In this document: in pieces, positions 1-9,696 of the stretch | Layout of the letters: each line of letters begins with the position of its first letter | Position numbering within the stretch: the first letter of the stretch is position 1 | Virus record (IMG/VR): IMGVR_UViG_3300043772_002998 | Location: 1 to 60,332 of that record | Origin: a virus | Taxonomy: Duplodnaviria; Caudoviricetes | DNA length: 60,332 nt | Reading direction: 5' to 3' (one strand) | Made by a program: the position numbers and the translations under genes | The notes under the pieces: generated by a model | Databases searched by the model: none | Told to the model about the DNA's origin: nothing | Seen by the model: the letters and a program-made list of their open reading frames with translations, nothing else

Positions 1-31
1 GCCGCTCTAGTTGTACCATCTCCCTTGTATT
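1..31. repeat. Terminal imperfect direct repeat, left copy
   Basis: gccgctctagttgtaccatctcccttgtatt matches 60302-60332 at 27/31 positions; the first 15 are identical. Confidence 0.9.
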
Positions 32-376
32 ACGGCCAGAGTTTACAAGGGCCAAGATGGCAACGATTGCTGCAACCCATGCGGCTGCTTGCGTGCTAAC
101 CCCTCCCAGTGCTCGATCCTTGCCGCGGCTTTCGGCTACGGCAGAAGTCAAGCGTCCTACCTCAGCCGACAGAGCCTGTAGATCATCCTTTGTCGCCAGG
201 CTGCCTTCAATGGTGTTCAATCGCCGTTCCAGCGTCTCCACCCTCTGATCCCGGGCCTGATTGCCCTGCTGCCATAGGTTGATGCTGGTGAGGATGCTCG
301 ACACCTGGCCGGCGAGCACCCCCACCTGATATTCCAAGCCTCCTTTGGCGGTTGGTAGCGTAGGATCTTCGCTCAT
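1..376 (-). CDS. Coiled-coil protein with C-terminal hydrophobic helix (holin/XhlA-like); continues across the junction into 60302-60243
   Basis: Not in the ORF track. ATG at 376 overlaps the upstream stop (ATGA); reads MSEDPTLPTAKGGLEYQVGVLAGQVSSILTSINLW...AAAWVAAIVAILALVNSGRNTREMVQLER with no stop before position 1. Confidence 0.75.
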   Translation of the reverse strand, partial: MSEDPTLPTAKGGLEYQVGVLAGQVSSILTSINLWQQGNQARDQRVETLERRLNTIEGSLATKDDLQALSAEVGRLTSAVAESRGKDRALGGVSTQAAAWVAAIVAILALVNSGRNTREMVQLER

Positions 377-744
377 GGTGTTGCGCTCGGCTGTAGCGCT
401 GTGATGAACTCAGCCGGCAGGCTGCATGCGGTAGCCTTCGCCACGATCGCCGCTAGATCAGCTGGCGCCATCTGAGACGCAAGCAGGAACTGTCCCCAGA
501 TCAGCGCAAAAACAGGATAATTTTCCCGCAATCGCGCTTCATCCATCGCCGTAGGCAACCCAGTGGTAGCCGGCTCACCCTGATGCGCAGCGCTTGCCCG
601 TGCCGTTGCCATTCCTGCCGCCATCGGCGGGAACTGATGCAGCCATGCCACAAACTGCGGCCAATCGGTCTGTGCAGGCACTGGCAACCCATCATCAATC
701 ACATTGATCGTGCCATCTGGTTCTTTGACGTAGGTGAGTCCCAT
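373..744 (-). CDS. Hypothetical protein, possibly fibre-associated
   Basis: Directly downstream of the fibre gene in a tightly packed operon. Confidence 0.6.
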   Translation of the reverse strand: MGLTYVKEPDGTINVIDDGLPVPAQTDWPQFVAWLHQFPPMAAGMATARASAAHQGEPATTGLPTAMDEARLRENYPVFALIWGQFLLASQMAPADLAAIVAKATACSLPAEFITALQPSATP

Positions 745-746
745 GA

Positions 747-2366
747 TCAGAATAGGAGGAACGCAGCGGGAAAGCCGGTACCATTGGGCAGGCCATTGGC
801 AACCGCAGGTAGGGTAGCAGCAACTTCAAGTAGGCTGGACATTGACGCGCCCGCAGTCGTGAACTCAGCAAAATACGGGAAGCCAACGCCGTTGGTATTG
901 TTGCCGCCGCCGAGGAATGATGGCGTTGTGCCGACACTGGCAACGCAAAACGCCAGCCAATACCAGCCAGGCGTTAATGTAACACCCGTAACGCTAGCAG
1001 CGTAGTTTGCACTTGCTGTCGCAACAGGCACATCGATCGTAATATTACCGCTTGTGTAAAGCCTGTTTCCGGCCCTATTGTTCACATTAGCATAGATCCC
1101 AAGCTGCACAACCGACGTACCTACATAGGTTGTATTTGTGCGGCAAAGAATCTGGCTAGGCGTTGACGTGGAATCAACGCGGATTTTCATGTAATGGATC
1201 CGGTTTGATGTGGCTGTTATGCCTGTAAGCGTGGGGATGTTCGCCGCTGTGATCATCACCCCCGTAGGTGTTCCGACCGCTGGCGGGATGCCTAGCAGGG
1301 CTCGCTGTGCAGCAACATCGGCTGCTGTGGCCAGGGCTCGACCCGCCGCCGTGGAAACCGTCAGCCACCACGCTGCCGCCGCCTGCCGCCATCGTTCCGG
1401 CGTCCATTTGACCGGAACCGTGCTGACGCCAGCCTCTGCGTCGGGCTGTGTGACAACCGACGCGGTCCACTCCCGGGCATCGCTCAGCCTTGAGTCTGTC
1501 TTGAGTGTGTAGGCTGACAACGCGGCGGGCTGCACTGCGGTATCCGCCTTTGCGCCCTGGGCAGCCGTAGCAGCGCCAATATCACCCGGGCTGGATGGGA
1601 TTGCCGGCTTACCGCTCAGGTCCGCATAGGCTCCCGTGTACCCAACCGGCGCCAGCACCGGGCCGATCAACGGCACCACGGAACCGGTGCTGACGTGCGA
1701 TCGGCCTACAACCGCCACCATCTGCACATTGCCGGCTGGCATGGTTGCCGTCAGTCCCCCGCCAACCGCCACATAAAGCGTTGTGCCCGGCGCATAGGCT
1801 GACGTGTCTACGCCCGTGATGGGGCCAACAACGGCACCATGACCATCGGCATTATTTGCCAACCCTATCGGCAGGATGCCTGATGCTGGCATGGTCTGCG
1901 GATCACCTGCGTCAGCGGCGATGATCTGCACCCGATCCGTGTCACCTTGATTTCCGACGATGTGATACGGCACGAGGGCACCGATCGCCACCCCAATTGG
2001 CCTGACGTGTTCGTAGACGATGCCGGCGAGGTTCCCATGGATATGCGGCAGGATCGCCGCTTCAGCACCTGAGACCCACCCGGGTGGCACTAGGCCCGCC
2101 GCTACAGCTGACGCCAACGGCAGGGTCACATCACCGCCGGTGGAGCTGCTGAGCAGTCGAGTGGCTGGGTCATACGATAGATTGGTTCCCTCGGCCGTTA
2201 GCACGCCGCCAGTGATCGTCAGGCCGCTGCCCAAAGGGATGGCAACCGGAGCCCCTGAGGTGGCTTCTGCACGCCCCAACACCGCAGGGCCCGTCAGCGT
2301 GATGCCCCCGCCAGTAGGGCCGGGAGGCCCTGGCGTGATGACTTCAATAACAGCAGGGCAGGTCAC
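747..2366 (-). CDS. Tail fibre / receptor-binding protein
   Basis: 539 aa, Gly/Ala/Thr-rich, short GPPGP stretch, modular with a beta-rich C-terminus; lies in the late region. Confidence 0.7.
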   Translation of the reverse strand: MTCPAVIEVITPGPPGPTGGGITLTGPAVLGRAEATSGAPVAIPLGSGLTITGGVLTAEGTNLSYDPATRLLSSSTGGDVTLPLASAVAAGLVPPGWVSGAEAAILPHIHGNLAGIVYEHVRPIGVAIGALVPYHIVGNQGDTDRVQIIAADAGDPQTMPASGILPIGLANNADGHGAVVGPITGVDTSAYAPGTTLYVAVGGGLTATMPAGNVQMVAVVGRSHVSTGSVVPLIGPVLAPVGYTGAYADLSGKPAIPSSPGDIGAATAAQGAKADTAVQPAALSAYTLKTDSRLSDAREWTASVVTQPDAEAGVSTVPVKWTPERWRQAAAAWWLTVSTAAGRALATAADVAAQRALLGIPPAVGTPTGVMITAANIPTLTGITATSNRIHYMKIRVDSTSTPSQILCRTNTTYVGTSVVQLGIYANVNNRAGNRLYTSGNITIDVPVATASANYAASVTGVTLTPGWYWLAFCVASVGTTPSFLGGGNNTNGVGFPYFAEFTTAGASMSSLLEVAATLPAVANGLPNGTGFPAAFLLF

Positions 2367-2722
2367 GGATCCCTCCGAGTGGAACGAATGGCGACACCGG
2401 CGGGGCCTGTGGCGAGGAACGAATCGTCAGCGATGGCGGCACCGGGGGCGATCATTAGGCAGTCATACCTATAGACCTTGCCGGGCCGCAGCTTGGCTAC
2501 GGTGGCCTCCAATGCGATCAGCCGCACCGTGCCCATTGCGGGATCCGCCTCGACGGTGAGCGGGTAAACGGTCCGACCGCTCGTATCGCTGATCGTTGCA
2601 TTCACGTCGTAGCCGGTGAACTGCCATGGTTGGGTCTTGGCGGCATCCTCCCAAAGCCGGAACGAAAGGGGATTGTCAATCCCCTGTTCCAGCTCCCACG
2701 CCCGATCATTGACCCACGCCAC
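2363..2722 (-). CDS. Small structural protein (baseplate/fibre adaptor-like)
   Basis: LEQG...F...W...YRYD pattern seen in small proteins that precede fibres; late motif at 2745-2753. Confidence 0.55.
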   Translation of the reverse strand: MAWVNDRAWELEQGIDNPLSFRLWEDAAKTQPWQFTGYDVNATISDTSGRTVYPLTVEADPAMGTVRLIALEATVAKLRPGKVYRYDCLMIAPGAAIADDSFLATGPAGVAIRSTRRDP

Positions 2723-2770
2723 CGCATTGCCGCCTACCTATCGGTAGGTTTCCGTGCCGCTGGCCAATGG

Positions 2771-2995
2771 TCAAGCCCTCGGGGTGGGAATGGCGGGGGC
2801 GTGCCCGATGGCCGGCTCGTGCCGAACCTCCAGGCGTGCTAGCCGCCGCTCATGCTGATCGGAGATCTCTTCCAGCCGCTCCACTCGGTAGCTGTTGGCA
2901 TCCACCCGGAAAGGCTCCGCCACGATGCGCAGCAGGAATCCGGCGGCGATGATGCCCAGCACGCCGATGGCAATGTCACGCCAGGCGCGGGTCAT
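2771..2995 (-). CDS. Small membrane protein, holin-like
   Basis: N-terminal TM (IAIGVLGIIAAGFLL) followed by a short coiled coil (HERRLARLE). Confidence 0.55.
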   Translation of the reverse strand: MTRAWRDIAIGVLGIIAAGFLLRIVAEPFRVDANSYRVERLEEISDQHERRLARLEVRHEPAIGHAPAIPTPRA

Positions 2996-3339
2996 GGTAT
3001 CGCCTCCGGCGGTGGCGGTGGGAGCAGCGCTTCAAACTCAGGCCATGGCACCACCAGCACGGAGGCGGCCAAGGTGCGATCCAGGCCACTGAAGATGTGC
3101 GCGAAAATCCCAAGCCCCTCGGCCTCGGTGAGCACATCGGCGCCAATGCCGTGATGGATGGCGCCATCCAAGACGACCGGCTCGACCCGGTGCTGCCAGC
3201 CGGCGGGCGTGTTCTGCGCTTGCTCTGCCATCACGGCTTGGTAGACGGCATCAGGAATGAGCAGAGCATGGGCGGAAGCGTCCCAGCCGGCGGGGAGATG
3301 GCCGCCACCAGCGGCGAGGATGTCAGCGAGTGTTGTCAT
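2992..3339 (-). CDS. Hypothetical protein
   Basis: ATGA overlaps at both ends. Confidence 0.65.
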   Translation of the reverse strand: MTTLADILAAGGGHLPAGWDASAHALLIPDAVYQAVMAEQAQNTPAGWQHRVEPVVLDGAIHHGIGADVLTEAEGLGIFAHIFSGLDRTLAASVLVVPWPEFEALLPPPPPEAIP

Positions 3340-4190
3340 AGCGAGAGGGCGGCGAGGGTGCTCATTAAGGTAGCGATGCGAGACCGAAAAACAGGCATGT
3401 CTATGTTTTCCCCTTGGCTATACATCGATATTCGCGCAGGCGACCACTGCGTTCCAGGGTTTCCGTTGTTGCTAAGGTTAAAGACAAAGACAGGAAAGTT
3501 AACAACGCCTGTCGATGCAACGGCTACTGAGGTTGTTCCAGCTCCCGGCCGAAACACTGAATAGTTTGCGCTAGAGTTCCTGGATATTCCATAAAAACCT
3601 ACGCCGGTATCAATAAAATTGGCGCTTGTGGCTGTATTACAATAAACTCCCCTTTCTCCAATAGCATTTACAACCGAAGGACTTGTAGCCGCGGCGCCAA
3701 TTAGATATGGGTTGGTACTAGAAATGGTGTTAGTTCTCCATGCCGACAAATGGCAATTATTTTGGGGATCAGCGGAGCTATTTCTATTTGTGCTTAAATA
3801 CGTCGTAGCTCCATCGCCAAGCAAACCAAGCTTTCTGTCATATCTTGCTCCTGTAAAATTGAAATTCATCGGCGCAGGCCCTACTACGGGCACCAAGCAC
3901 CCGCTTATCGTACGGGCTCCGCACATAAACGGCATCGCCTTGATTGTGCTTGGCGCCTGCGCAATCACGTTGCCGCTTACTCCAAGGCTGGTGTCGGCAA
4001 CAAGAGACTGCAGCACCTGATTGAAGGCATCCGTGACGCCACGCTCCAGTCCTTGTGTGTTGCCGGCCGCAACGTCAGCCGCGGTCACCCGGTCCAGGTA
4101 GTCCTGCACGTAGGCGGGATACAGCAGCAGGCTCCCAGTGCTGCGACGCACCGGCTGGCCGATCATCCCCAGGGCTCCGATGCCAAACAT
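3336..4190 (-). CDS. Putative virion structural protein with a variable C-terminal half
   Basis: Operon position; 3' half (about 3400-3900) is visibly AT-richer. Confidence 0.6.
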   Translation of the reverse strand: MFGIGALGMIGQPVRRSTGSLLLYPAYVQDYLDRVTAADVAAGNTQGLERGVTDAFNQVLQSLVADTSLGVSGNVIAQAPSTIKAMPFMCGARTISGCLVPVVGPAPMNFNFTGARYDRKLGLLGDGATTYLSTNRNSSADPQNNCHLSAWRTNTISSTNPYLIGAAATSPSVVNAIGERGVYCNTATSANFIDTGVGFYGISRNSSANYSVFRPGAGTTSVAVASTGVVNFPVFVFNLSNNGNPGTQWSPARISMYSQGENIDMPVFRSRIATLMSTLAALSL

Positions 4191-5023
4191 CAGACCACCG
4201 GGATAGCGCGGATAAAGCCATCCGCAGTGTCGCGAATCACCGTAAAGTGAGTCGCGGTCGCAGGGATGCGCAGGTGAAACATCGCATCAGCAGGGACAGC
4301 AAGAACATCTAAATCAGTTGCCACTGCTGCCGTCACAGCGGATGTTCCGAACTTTACAAAGCACCGTGACGATGTGATCAGCATTAGCTCCCTGGAGGTT
4401 CCCAGTGTGCCAATAGGAATCGCTGCGGAAGAAGTTGCCGTTACTGCCGTGCGCGTAGCCTGGGCAAAGTTATATTCTCTTGTGCCATTACCAAACCCAT
4501 CCGCAGCAATCCCGGTAACAGGCACTGCTCCGCTCTGCAGCGTCGGAATCCTGGCCAAGAGTGATGTCCAGTTCGTCAATCCACGCTTAATCAGCGGGAT
4601 CACTCCAAATGTACCTGCGTCAGTTGTTGCCGCCGCGTCAGCCGGGGCGCCTAGATCGGTGTTGATTGCGGTGAGCTGCGTGGTCTGCAGTACCTGGTTA
4701 GCTGCCGTCGCATCCCCAGTCCCGCCGCCGCCACCGCCGCCGCCACCTCCACTGCTGCCGTCGTCGTATTCAATGAACAGCAGATCAGTGTTTTGATGCG
4801 TTCTGGTATCAACCCCAGCCAACGTCAGCACTGGCGACGCATAAGTAGCAGTGCCTACATATCCGATTCCATCCTCTGCCGTGGGGTTGAAGTACACCAC
4901 CTCACGGGTCATATTCACCACCCGCAGCACATGGCTCAGGCTTGCCGGGATGACCGTGCTAAAAGTGATTGTCCCCGCCGCTGCGTCAAACGCAGCATTT
5001 GCGGGATCTAGCGCGAGTCTCAT
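4190..5023 (-). CDS. Putative virion fibre/decoration protein
   Basis: Poly-Gly linker and GDATAANQ motif; late motif at 5043-5051. Confidence 0.6.
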   Translation of the reverse strand: MRLALDPANAAFDAAAGTITFSTVIPASLSHVLRVVNMTREVVYFNPTAEDGIGYVGTATYASPVLTLAGVDTRTHQNTDLLFIEYDDGSSGGGGGGGGGGTGDATAANQVLQTTQLTAINTDLGAPADAAATTDAGTFGVIPLIKRGLTNWTSLLARIPTLQSGAVPVTGIAADGFGNGTREYNFAQATRTAVTATSSAAIPIGTLGTSRELMLITSSRCFVKFGTSAVTAAVATDLDVLAVPADAMFHLRIPATATHFTVIRDTADGFIRAIPVV

Positions 5024-5029
5024 CGTAAC

Positions 5030-5260
5030 TTACCTTTGAGTAGAGCTTTCCCGCGGCTTGGGTGCTTGCGCCGTCGGTTTGGTTTGGCTGTCGCTTGTCG
5101 CTGGTGCTACGGCTGGTGCAGGGGCAGTCCCATCCTTCGCGCCATCGGGCGGGGTGATAACAACCGGCATCGGCTGCGTCTCCCCTTCGTGCGAATGTCC
5201 CACCAGCTTGTAATCTGGGCTAGTGCCGAGGCCAAAGCTGAAGACTTGCAGTTCAGACAT
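5030..5260 (-). CDS. Small hypothetical protein after the capsid genes
   Basis: ATG at 5260 (MSELQVFSFG), Pro/Ala-rich tail. Confidence 0.5.
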   Translation of the reverse strand: MSELQVFSFGLGTSPDYKLVGHSHEGETQPMPVVITPPDGAKDGTAPAPAVAPATSDSQTKPTAQAPKPRESSTQR

Positions 5261-5360
5261 AATCGAAGACAGCAGGAAGAATGGCGACGGGTCAGGGGAT
5301 ACCCGACGGGCCGAGGGAGGGGCCAGCAATGCCGGCCGCCTCCCTGCGCCCTATCGGGGT

Positions 5361-5849
5361 TCAGAACGGCTGATAGTGGATGCTGGCTGCGCTGGTGTTC
5401 ACCGGAGCGGCAAGGCCGTTGGCGCCGACGCCAGTGCCCGCCACGAGTCGCAGGGCCACGATCCGCACGTCTCCGACGATCGCCGGGGATGCTGCAGCTC
5501 GTACCTGAGCGTCAATGGTGGCGCCACTGATCGCGAACTCCATCGGGGTGGTCCCGTTGAAGCTGATGCTCCCAATCCGCACATAGGCAGCAGGGTTGGC
5601 GGTACCGATGGCGGCACCTCGGGCCACGTGCGCCACCTCGATGAAGTAACCACCGGCGGCATTGGAAGCGCCGCCATTGGCCACCACCTTAAAGGTATCG
5701 GCGAGGTTGAGGCTATCGGACAGGATGCGGGCGGAACCATCACGGGTGCCGGCGACTTGGCCGTCGCCAACACGGACGGGGCCAAACAGAACAGCGTCAC
5801 GGTCCACCATGTAGCCCCGTACAGGGGCCAGGCCAGTTGCTTGAGGCAT
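5361..5849 (-). CDS. Putative capsid decoration/cement protein
   Basis: 162 aa beta-rich ORF directly after the major capsid gene. Confidence 0.55.
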   Translation of the reverse strand: MPQATGLAPVRGYMVDRDAVLFGPVRVGDGQVAGTRDGSARILSDSLNLADTFKVVANGGASNAAGGYFIEVAHVARGAAIGTANPAAYVRIGSISFNGTTPMEFAISGATIDAQVRAAASPAIVGDVRIVALRLVAGTGVGANGLAAPVNTSAASIHYQPF

Positions 5850-5888
5850 GATAAATCAGGGGATGAATGGAACGAAATAGCCTGACTA

Positions 5889-6851
5889 TCAGGCAATCGG
5901 GGCCGCTGCGGTGATCTTGTCCAAACGAGCCGCAGCACGCTTGTTCTCCATTACCAGGTTGATGTACCAGGCGATGCGGGTGAGGTAGTGCGGGGTTTGG
6001 TGCATTTCGCCTACGTCGTAGACGGCCAGCCCCTCTTGTCGCCCACCGTTGGGGACATTGACAAATCCTTGGATGCCAGTGACCAACCCTTCGCCAAGGG
6101 CTACACAGTAAATACTGGTAGTGCTACTGGCCTCGGTAAATCCTTGGATTGCCTCGTTGTTTTCGTCAACATCCGTACGGATGATCTCCACGTCGTTGTA
6201 GTATTGAGCCTGCCTTCCGAACTCATTGAGTCGGAAATCAACATTCCCGGCGAAGGCGGGATTGCTCGCGGCAGAACCAAGAAGCCGACCCATGGCTTTG
6301 CCGCAGATCAGGATCTTTTCGCTGGGAGGCATGTCCACAGCATCGATCAGCTCATCCAGCTTGCCGCGGGACAGGGGGCCAGCGGTGGCGTGGTTGCTGA
6401 TGTACTGGCTGGAGCCGGCGGTAATCAGGCTTTCCAAGCCGCGCATGTTCCGGCCGCCATTTTCGGTTGCGGACCCTTTAATCAGGTCGCGCTCCAAGCG
6501 AAGGCGAAGCGCCCGGATGTTCATGTCCAGCTGCCGCCGGTGAGCACGAATCCCGAGCTGGTCGATCAATGCACGGTCCGTTTTCACGTCCTTGCCGTAG
6601 ATCTTCAGTACCTCGGATTCCTGCGTGAGCTTGCCAAGGCCGTCGTCGTTTGCTTCGTTGATAGCACGAGGGGACATGCTCGGAAGCTCACGCTCCAGCG
6701 CGTAGGCGTAGGCGCCGCCTTCCACCCCGGTAAACGGGATGCGGGCGTTGAGAGGGGACAGGTTGATGCCAGCCCGCACGGCCAGCTCGTTTTCAGATGC
6801 GCCCTGATCGGCGCGGAGAGCGAATTGCTCCCAAAGGGTGAGGGTTGCCAC
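5889..6851 (-). CDS. Major capsid protein (HK97 fold)
   Basis: IPF..VEGGAY.Y..E..LP....RAINE, LDELIDAV, TTSIY.V..GE..V.G and AAARL..I motifs; follows the scaffold gene. Confidence 0.88.
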   Translation of the reverse strand: MATLTLWEQFALRADQGASENELAVRAGINLSPLNARIPFTGVEGGAYAYALERELPSMSPRAINEANDDGLGKLTQESEVLKIYGKDVKTDRALIDQLGIRAHRRQLDMNIRALRLRLERDLIKGSATENGGRNMRGLESLITAGSSQYISNHATAGPLSRGKLDELIDAVDMPPSEKILICGKAMGRLLGSAASNPAFAGNVDFRLNEFGRQAQYYNDVEIIRTDVDENNEAIQGFTEASSTTSIYCVALGEGLVTGIQGFVNVPNGGRQEGLAVYDVGEMHQTPHYLTRIAWYINLVMENKRAAARLDKITAAAPIA

Positions 6852-6931
6852 TTGGCGAAGATGAATGAAGGAGGAATGGAGAAAGACCCACTACATGCGC
6901 CATGGATGGTGCATCGTGTGGTGGATTTGCC

Positions 6932-6997
6932 CCCGGCAGGCATCGCGCCAAACGAAAGGGCGGACCCGGCAGGCATCGCGCCTTGCAGGTCCGCCCT
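6932..6997 (-). promoter_or_regulatory. Structured 5' leader of the capsid mRNA (18-bp direct repeat plus hairpin)
   Basis: cccggcaggcatcgcgcc at 6932-6949 and 6965-6982; inverted repeat agggcggacc (6957-6966) / ggtccgccct (6988-6997). Confidence 0.7.
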
Positions 6998-7035
6998 AAG
7001 CTTTCCCGGTCCTTTCGGCGGGATGAGTTACCGAA

Positions 7036-7845
7036 TCAATCCGGGTACGCTTGATTCAGTAACTGCGTTGGCGTCATCTTCGCCACCTCCTTCGGATCGC
7101 GTCCCTGGCTGGCGCGGAATCCACGGGTTCCGACGAAACCACCGGAGCCCACCCCACCCTTGGGCAGGAAGTGCGCGCCGATCACATCGGAGCTGTCGGC
7201 CTGCAGTTCGAGCCAGTCATGCAGGGCGATGGGACCGCTCTTGTCGGCTGCCAGCACCGGATCGCCATCGTCGTCAACGACCACCACCTTGCCATTGCTG
7301 AGGCGCAGGTTGGCGGAAAGCTGATTGAAGACGGCTTCCCCGTGGGTGAGCTTGCCGTGGCCACCCGGGCGGCCCTCGGCGGCCTGGAAGGCCTGATTAA
7401 ACGCGGTCTTGATCTGCAGTTGCTCCGCTGCTAGCCGGGCTTCGTCGCGTTCCTTTTGCAAGGCGTCACGCTCCCGCTGGTGTTTCTGCTCCAGCCTGGT
7501 ACGGGTGTCCTCAACCTTTCGTGTTACGTCCTCCTCTGCCCGCCTGGCGCGCTCATCGGCCTCCTGCTGGCGCCTCCGAGCTTCCTCCACCTGCGCTGCA
7601 ATCTCGGGGCCCATGCCTTTCAGCTCGCCCAGCTGGCGCTCCAGGGCCCGCACACGCTCGCGCTCCTTCCGCAGGGCATCACGGCCCGCCGGTCCAAGGT
7701 CTTCATCCTCGATGGGATCGGTCTTGCCTTTTGCGGCCTCCTGCCCGCCGCCTTCCTCCTGTCCCTCGGGTGCAGGGTCAACATGCGGGAACAGCTCCGC
7801 CAGGAAGCGGGCTTGGTTTTTGATCTTCATGCGTTGCCGGGGCAT
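7036..7845 (-). CDS. Capsid scaffolding protein
   Basis: Acidic N-terminus, LGPAGRDALRKERE, long coiled coil, GSGG near the C-terminus; upstream of the MCP; start may be ATG 7830. Confidence 0.8.
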   Translation of the reverse strand: MPRQRMKIKNQARFLAELFPHVDPAPEGQEEGGGQEAAKGKTDPIEDEDLGPAGRDALRKERERVRALERQLGELKGMGPEIAAQVEEARRRQQEADERARRAEEDVTRKVEDTRTRLEQKHQRERDALQKERDEARLAAEQLQIKTAFNQAFQAAEGRPGGHGKLTHGEAVFNQLSANLRLSNGKVVVVDDDGDPVLAADKSGPIALHDWLELQADSSDVIGAHFLPKGGVGSGGFVGTRGFRASQGRDPKEVAKMTPTQLLNQAYPD

Positions 7846-7890
7846 CGCGCCACCGGTGCAAGTTGCTCCCGTAGTTTTCCCGTTCGCCTG

Positions 7891-8049
7891 TCAGCCTTTC
7901 GCTACACGTCGCACTACGTTATCAATCATGCGGCGACGGTCCTCCGCTTGCTGCAGCCGGCGGCGGTTCGTCAGGGCCATCAAGGCTGCCACCTCCGTCA
8001 GGGAAGCCGACGCGGCGGGGATCGTTACGGGCTGGTCGGTGTTGTTCAT
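7891..8049 (-). CDS. Small hypothetical protein (52 aa)
   Basis: Read manually: MNNTDQPVTIPAASASLTEVAALMALTNRRRLQQAEDRRRMIDNVVRRVAKG; fills the gap between genes. Confidence 0.5.
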   Translation of the reverse strand: MNNTDQPVTIPAASASLTEVAALMALTNRRRLQQAEDRRRMIDNVVRRVAKG

Positions 8050-8061
8050 GGGTGCAGGGGA

Positions 8062-9696
8062 TCAGAACTTAAAGGCGGTTGTCGTCGGGTCCGCCTCGGT
8101 GAGAGCCTTGACCTCATCATCGGACAGCATCAGATCAGCGGCGGTGAAGCCAAGCCGGAGCAATTCAAGCCAACAGGCTAGCGGACGATTCCAGTCCCAT
8201 GCGGCAACAGGAATCTCGTACTCACTGACAAACCACAACCCGCCGGATTCAATGTGTTTTTGCGTTTCAGGCAAAGAAGACTGAAAAACCTCCCTCGTAT
8301 ATTCGCCGCGGTTGGGTCGAAGGGCAATCGGCACAATGGTATTATCTTCTGTCCTGAAGGTTAAAGGGTTGCTGTAGTCAAGTGGTATGTCGTAGGCCGG
8401 CGCCCGAAAGTAGTAATACGTTTTTGTCGTGTCCACGATTGCCTCTGGTATCGCTACATTAGTTGTGAGGAAGTACGGCGGGGCATCTTGCGGTATGTAG
8501 TTGTCGCGGGCATGCTGATAACTGTTGGCTTTAGTCAACATGCTGGTATCGCCGTCTTCCTTGTGAAACTCGCCAGTATAGTTCTTCAGAAAAGAGAAGA
8601 CCGCTGGAGTCCGCCCCCATCCCGGGGTCTGCCCAGCTGCGTCGCGGTTCACAAGGTATCCATAGCCGTAGGACCGCATTAGCGGATGCCAAACGTAAAT
8701 GCCAATAATATCGGGGCCGCCTGGCGTGCTGAATTGCAACAGGGTTGGCACTTGGTAGGCGTTTGGCGTAAGGTCTACCCTATAATCCTGATTGTATGCG
8801 CCAGTTGGCACCGCGGTTGTGCTGGTGTAGACCTCGCCGTAAGGCACAATATAGTCGTTGTAGTAAACGTCCCAATTCGCAAGCTCTACAATCTGCGTCG
8901 TCCGTATGACCGGGTTCGTATTGACCACCGTGATGCCGGTTGCGATCGTATATTTTTGCTTGATGATGCTGTCCAGTGCCCCCGGCCACGATGGCGCAAC
9001 CCGTATTGACTGGCTGGACACCACCACCGCATACCGAAAATCGGAAAAGCTGGTGCTGGTAACCGTTTGCCTTCCTTCTGAAATGGTGGTCTCTGTGTAG
9101 GTGTCGGGAAATGGTCTCAGTTCATATTTTGTTGGGTAAACAGGCGGCGGGCCTGGCAATGGCGGTTGCTCTTGAAATTGAGCGATAGCATTTGGCGCTC
9201 CTGCTACCTTGCTATAGCTACCGTTGTTTTCGTCTCCATATTCAGCCGATGCTGAATACCCATAAAACAACAGCACAACCCGATCGCCGCCGGCCGGCAA
9301 TGCCTCGTACCATCGCGGAGCGTATGGCAGGTTTATCACTACCGACTGCTCTTTGCTCGCTGTCCATATCAATAGCCTACCGGTTGATACTGGCGCAACA
9401 CCGTCGCGGCGCCACTGGAAATAGGCCCCTGCGACTTTGAATTGCTTGCCAGGGATCCTCGCCCGCACCTCCGACGGTGGGTCAAACTCCGGCACTGCCC
9501 CGCGCCATGGATCGTCTCTTGCTGCCCTGCTGGCTGGGTTGCCGACGAAAGACCGGGCACGTTCCGCCAGCCGTTCCGCCTCGCGCTCTGCCCATCCTTC
9601 CGCCTGTCGATCCGCTAGCCGCCGTTGGTTTGCCAGCTGCAACACCCGGGCGGTCTCACCAACTTCCGAAGGCGTCTGGATGTCAATCCGCGTCAT
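8062..9696 (-). CDS. Tail-tip-associated hypothetical protein
   Basis: 544 aa, Tyr/Thr-rich, last large gene of the tail operon. Confidence 0.6.
   Translation of the reverse strand: MTRIDIQTPSEVGETARVLQLANQRRLADRQAEGWAEREAERLAERARSFVGNPASRAARDDPWRGAVPEFDPPSEVRARIPGKQFKVAGAYFQWRRDGVAPVSTGRLLIWTASKEQSVVINLPYAPRWYEALPAGGDRVVLLFYGYSASAEYGDENNGSYSKVAGAPNAIAQFQEQPPLPGPPPVYPTKYELRPFPDTYTETTISEGRQTVTSTSFSDFRYAVVVSSQSIRVAPSWPGALDSIIKQKYTIATGITVVNTNPVIRTTQIVELANWDVYYNDYIVPYGEVYTSTTAVPTGAYNQDYRVDLTPNAYQVPTLLQFSTPGGPDIIGIYVWHPLMRSYGYGYLVNRDAAGQTPGWGRTPAVFSFLKNYTGEFHKEDGDTSMLTKANSYQHARDNYIPQDAPPYFLTTNVAIPEAIVDTTKTYYYFRAPAYDIPLDYSNPLTFRTEDNTIVPIALRPNRGEYTREVFQSSLPETQKHIESGGLWFVSEYEIPVAAWDWNRPLACWLELLRLGFTAADLMLSDDEVKALTEADPTTTAFKF

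Noticed and set aside
1-31. attL/attR of a prophage
   Set aside because: The repeat lies inside a phage ORF that reads through the junction; no integrase, tRNA or host flank is present
747-4190. Diversity-generating retroelement target
   Set aside because: No reverse transcriptase and no template repeat differing at adenines was found
5988-7301. 437-aa plus-strand ORF and similar long antisense ORFs (e.g. 53666-54766, 55737-56825)
   Set aside because: Shadow frames opposite well-supported genes in GC-rich DNA, with no motifs
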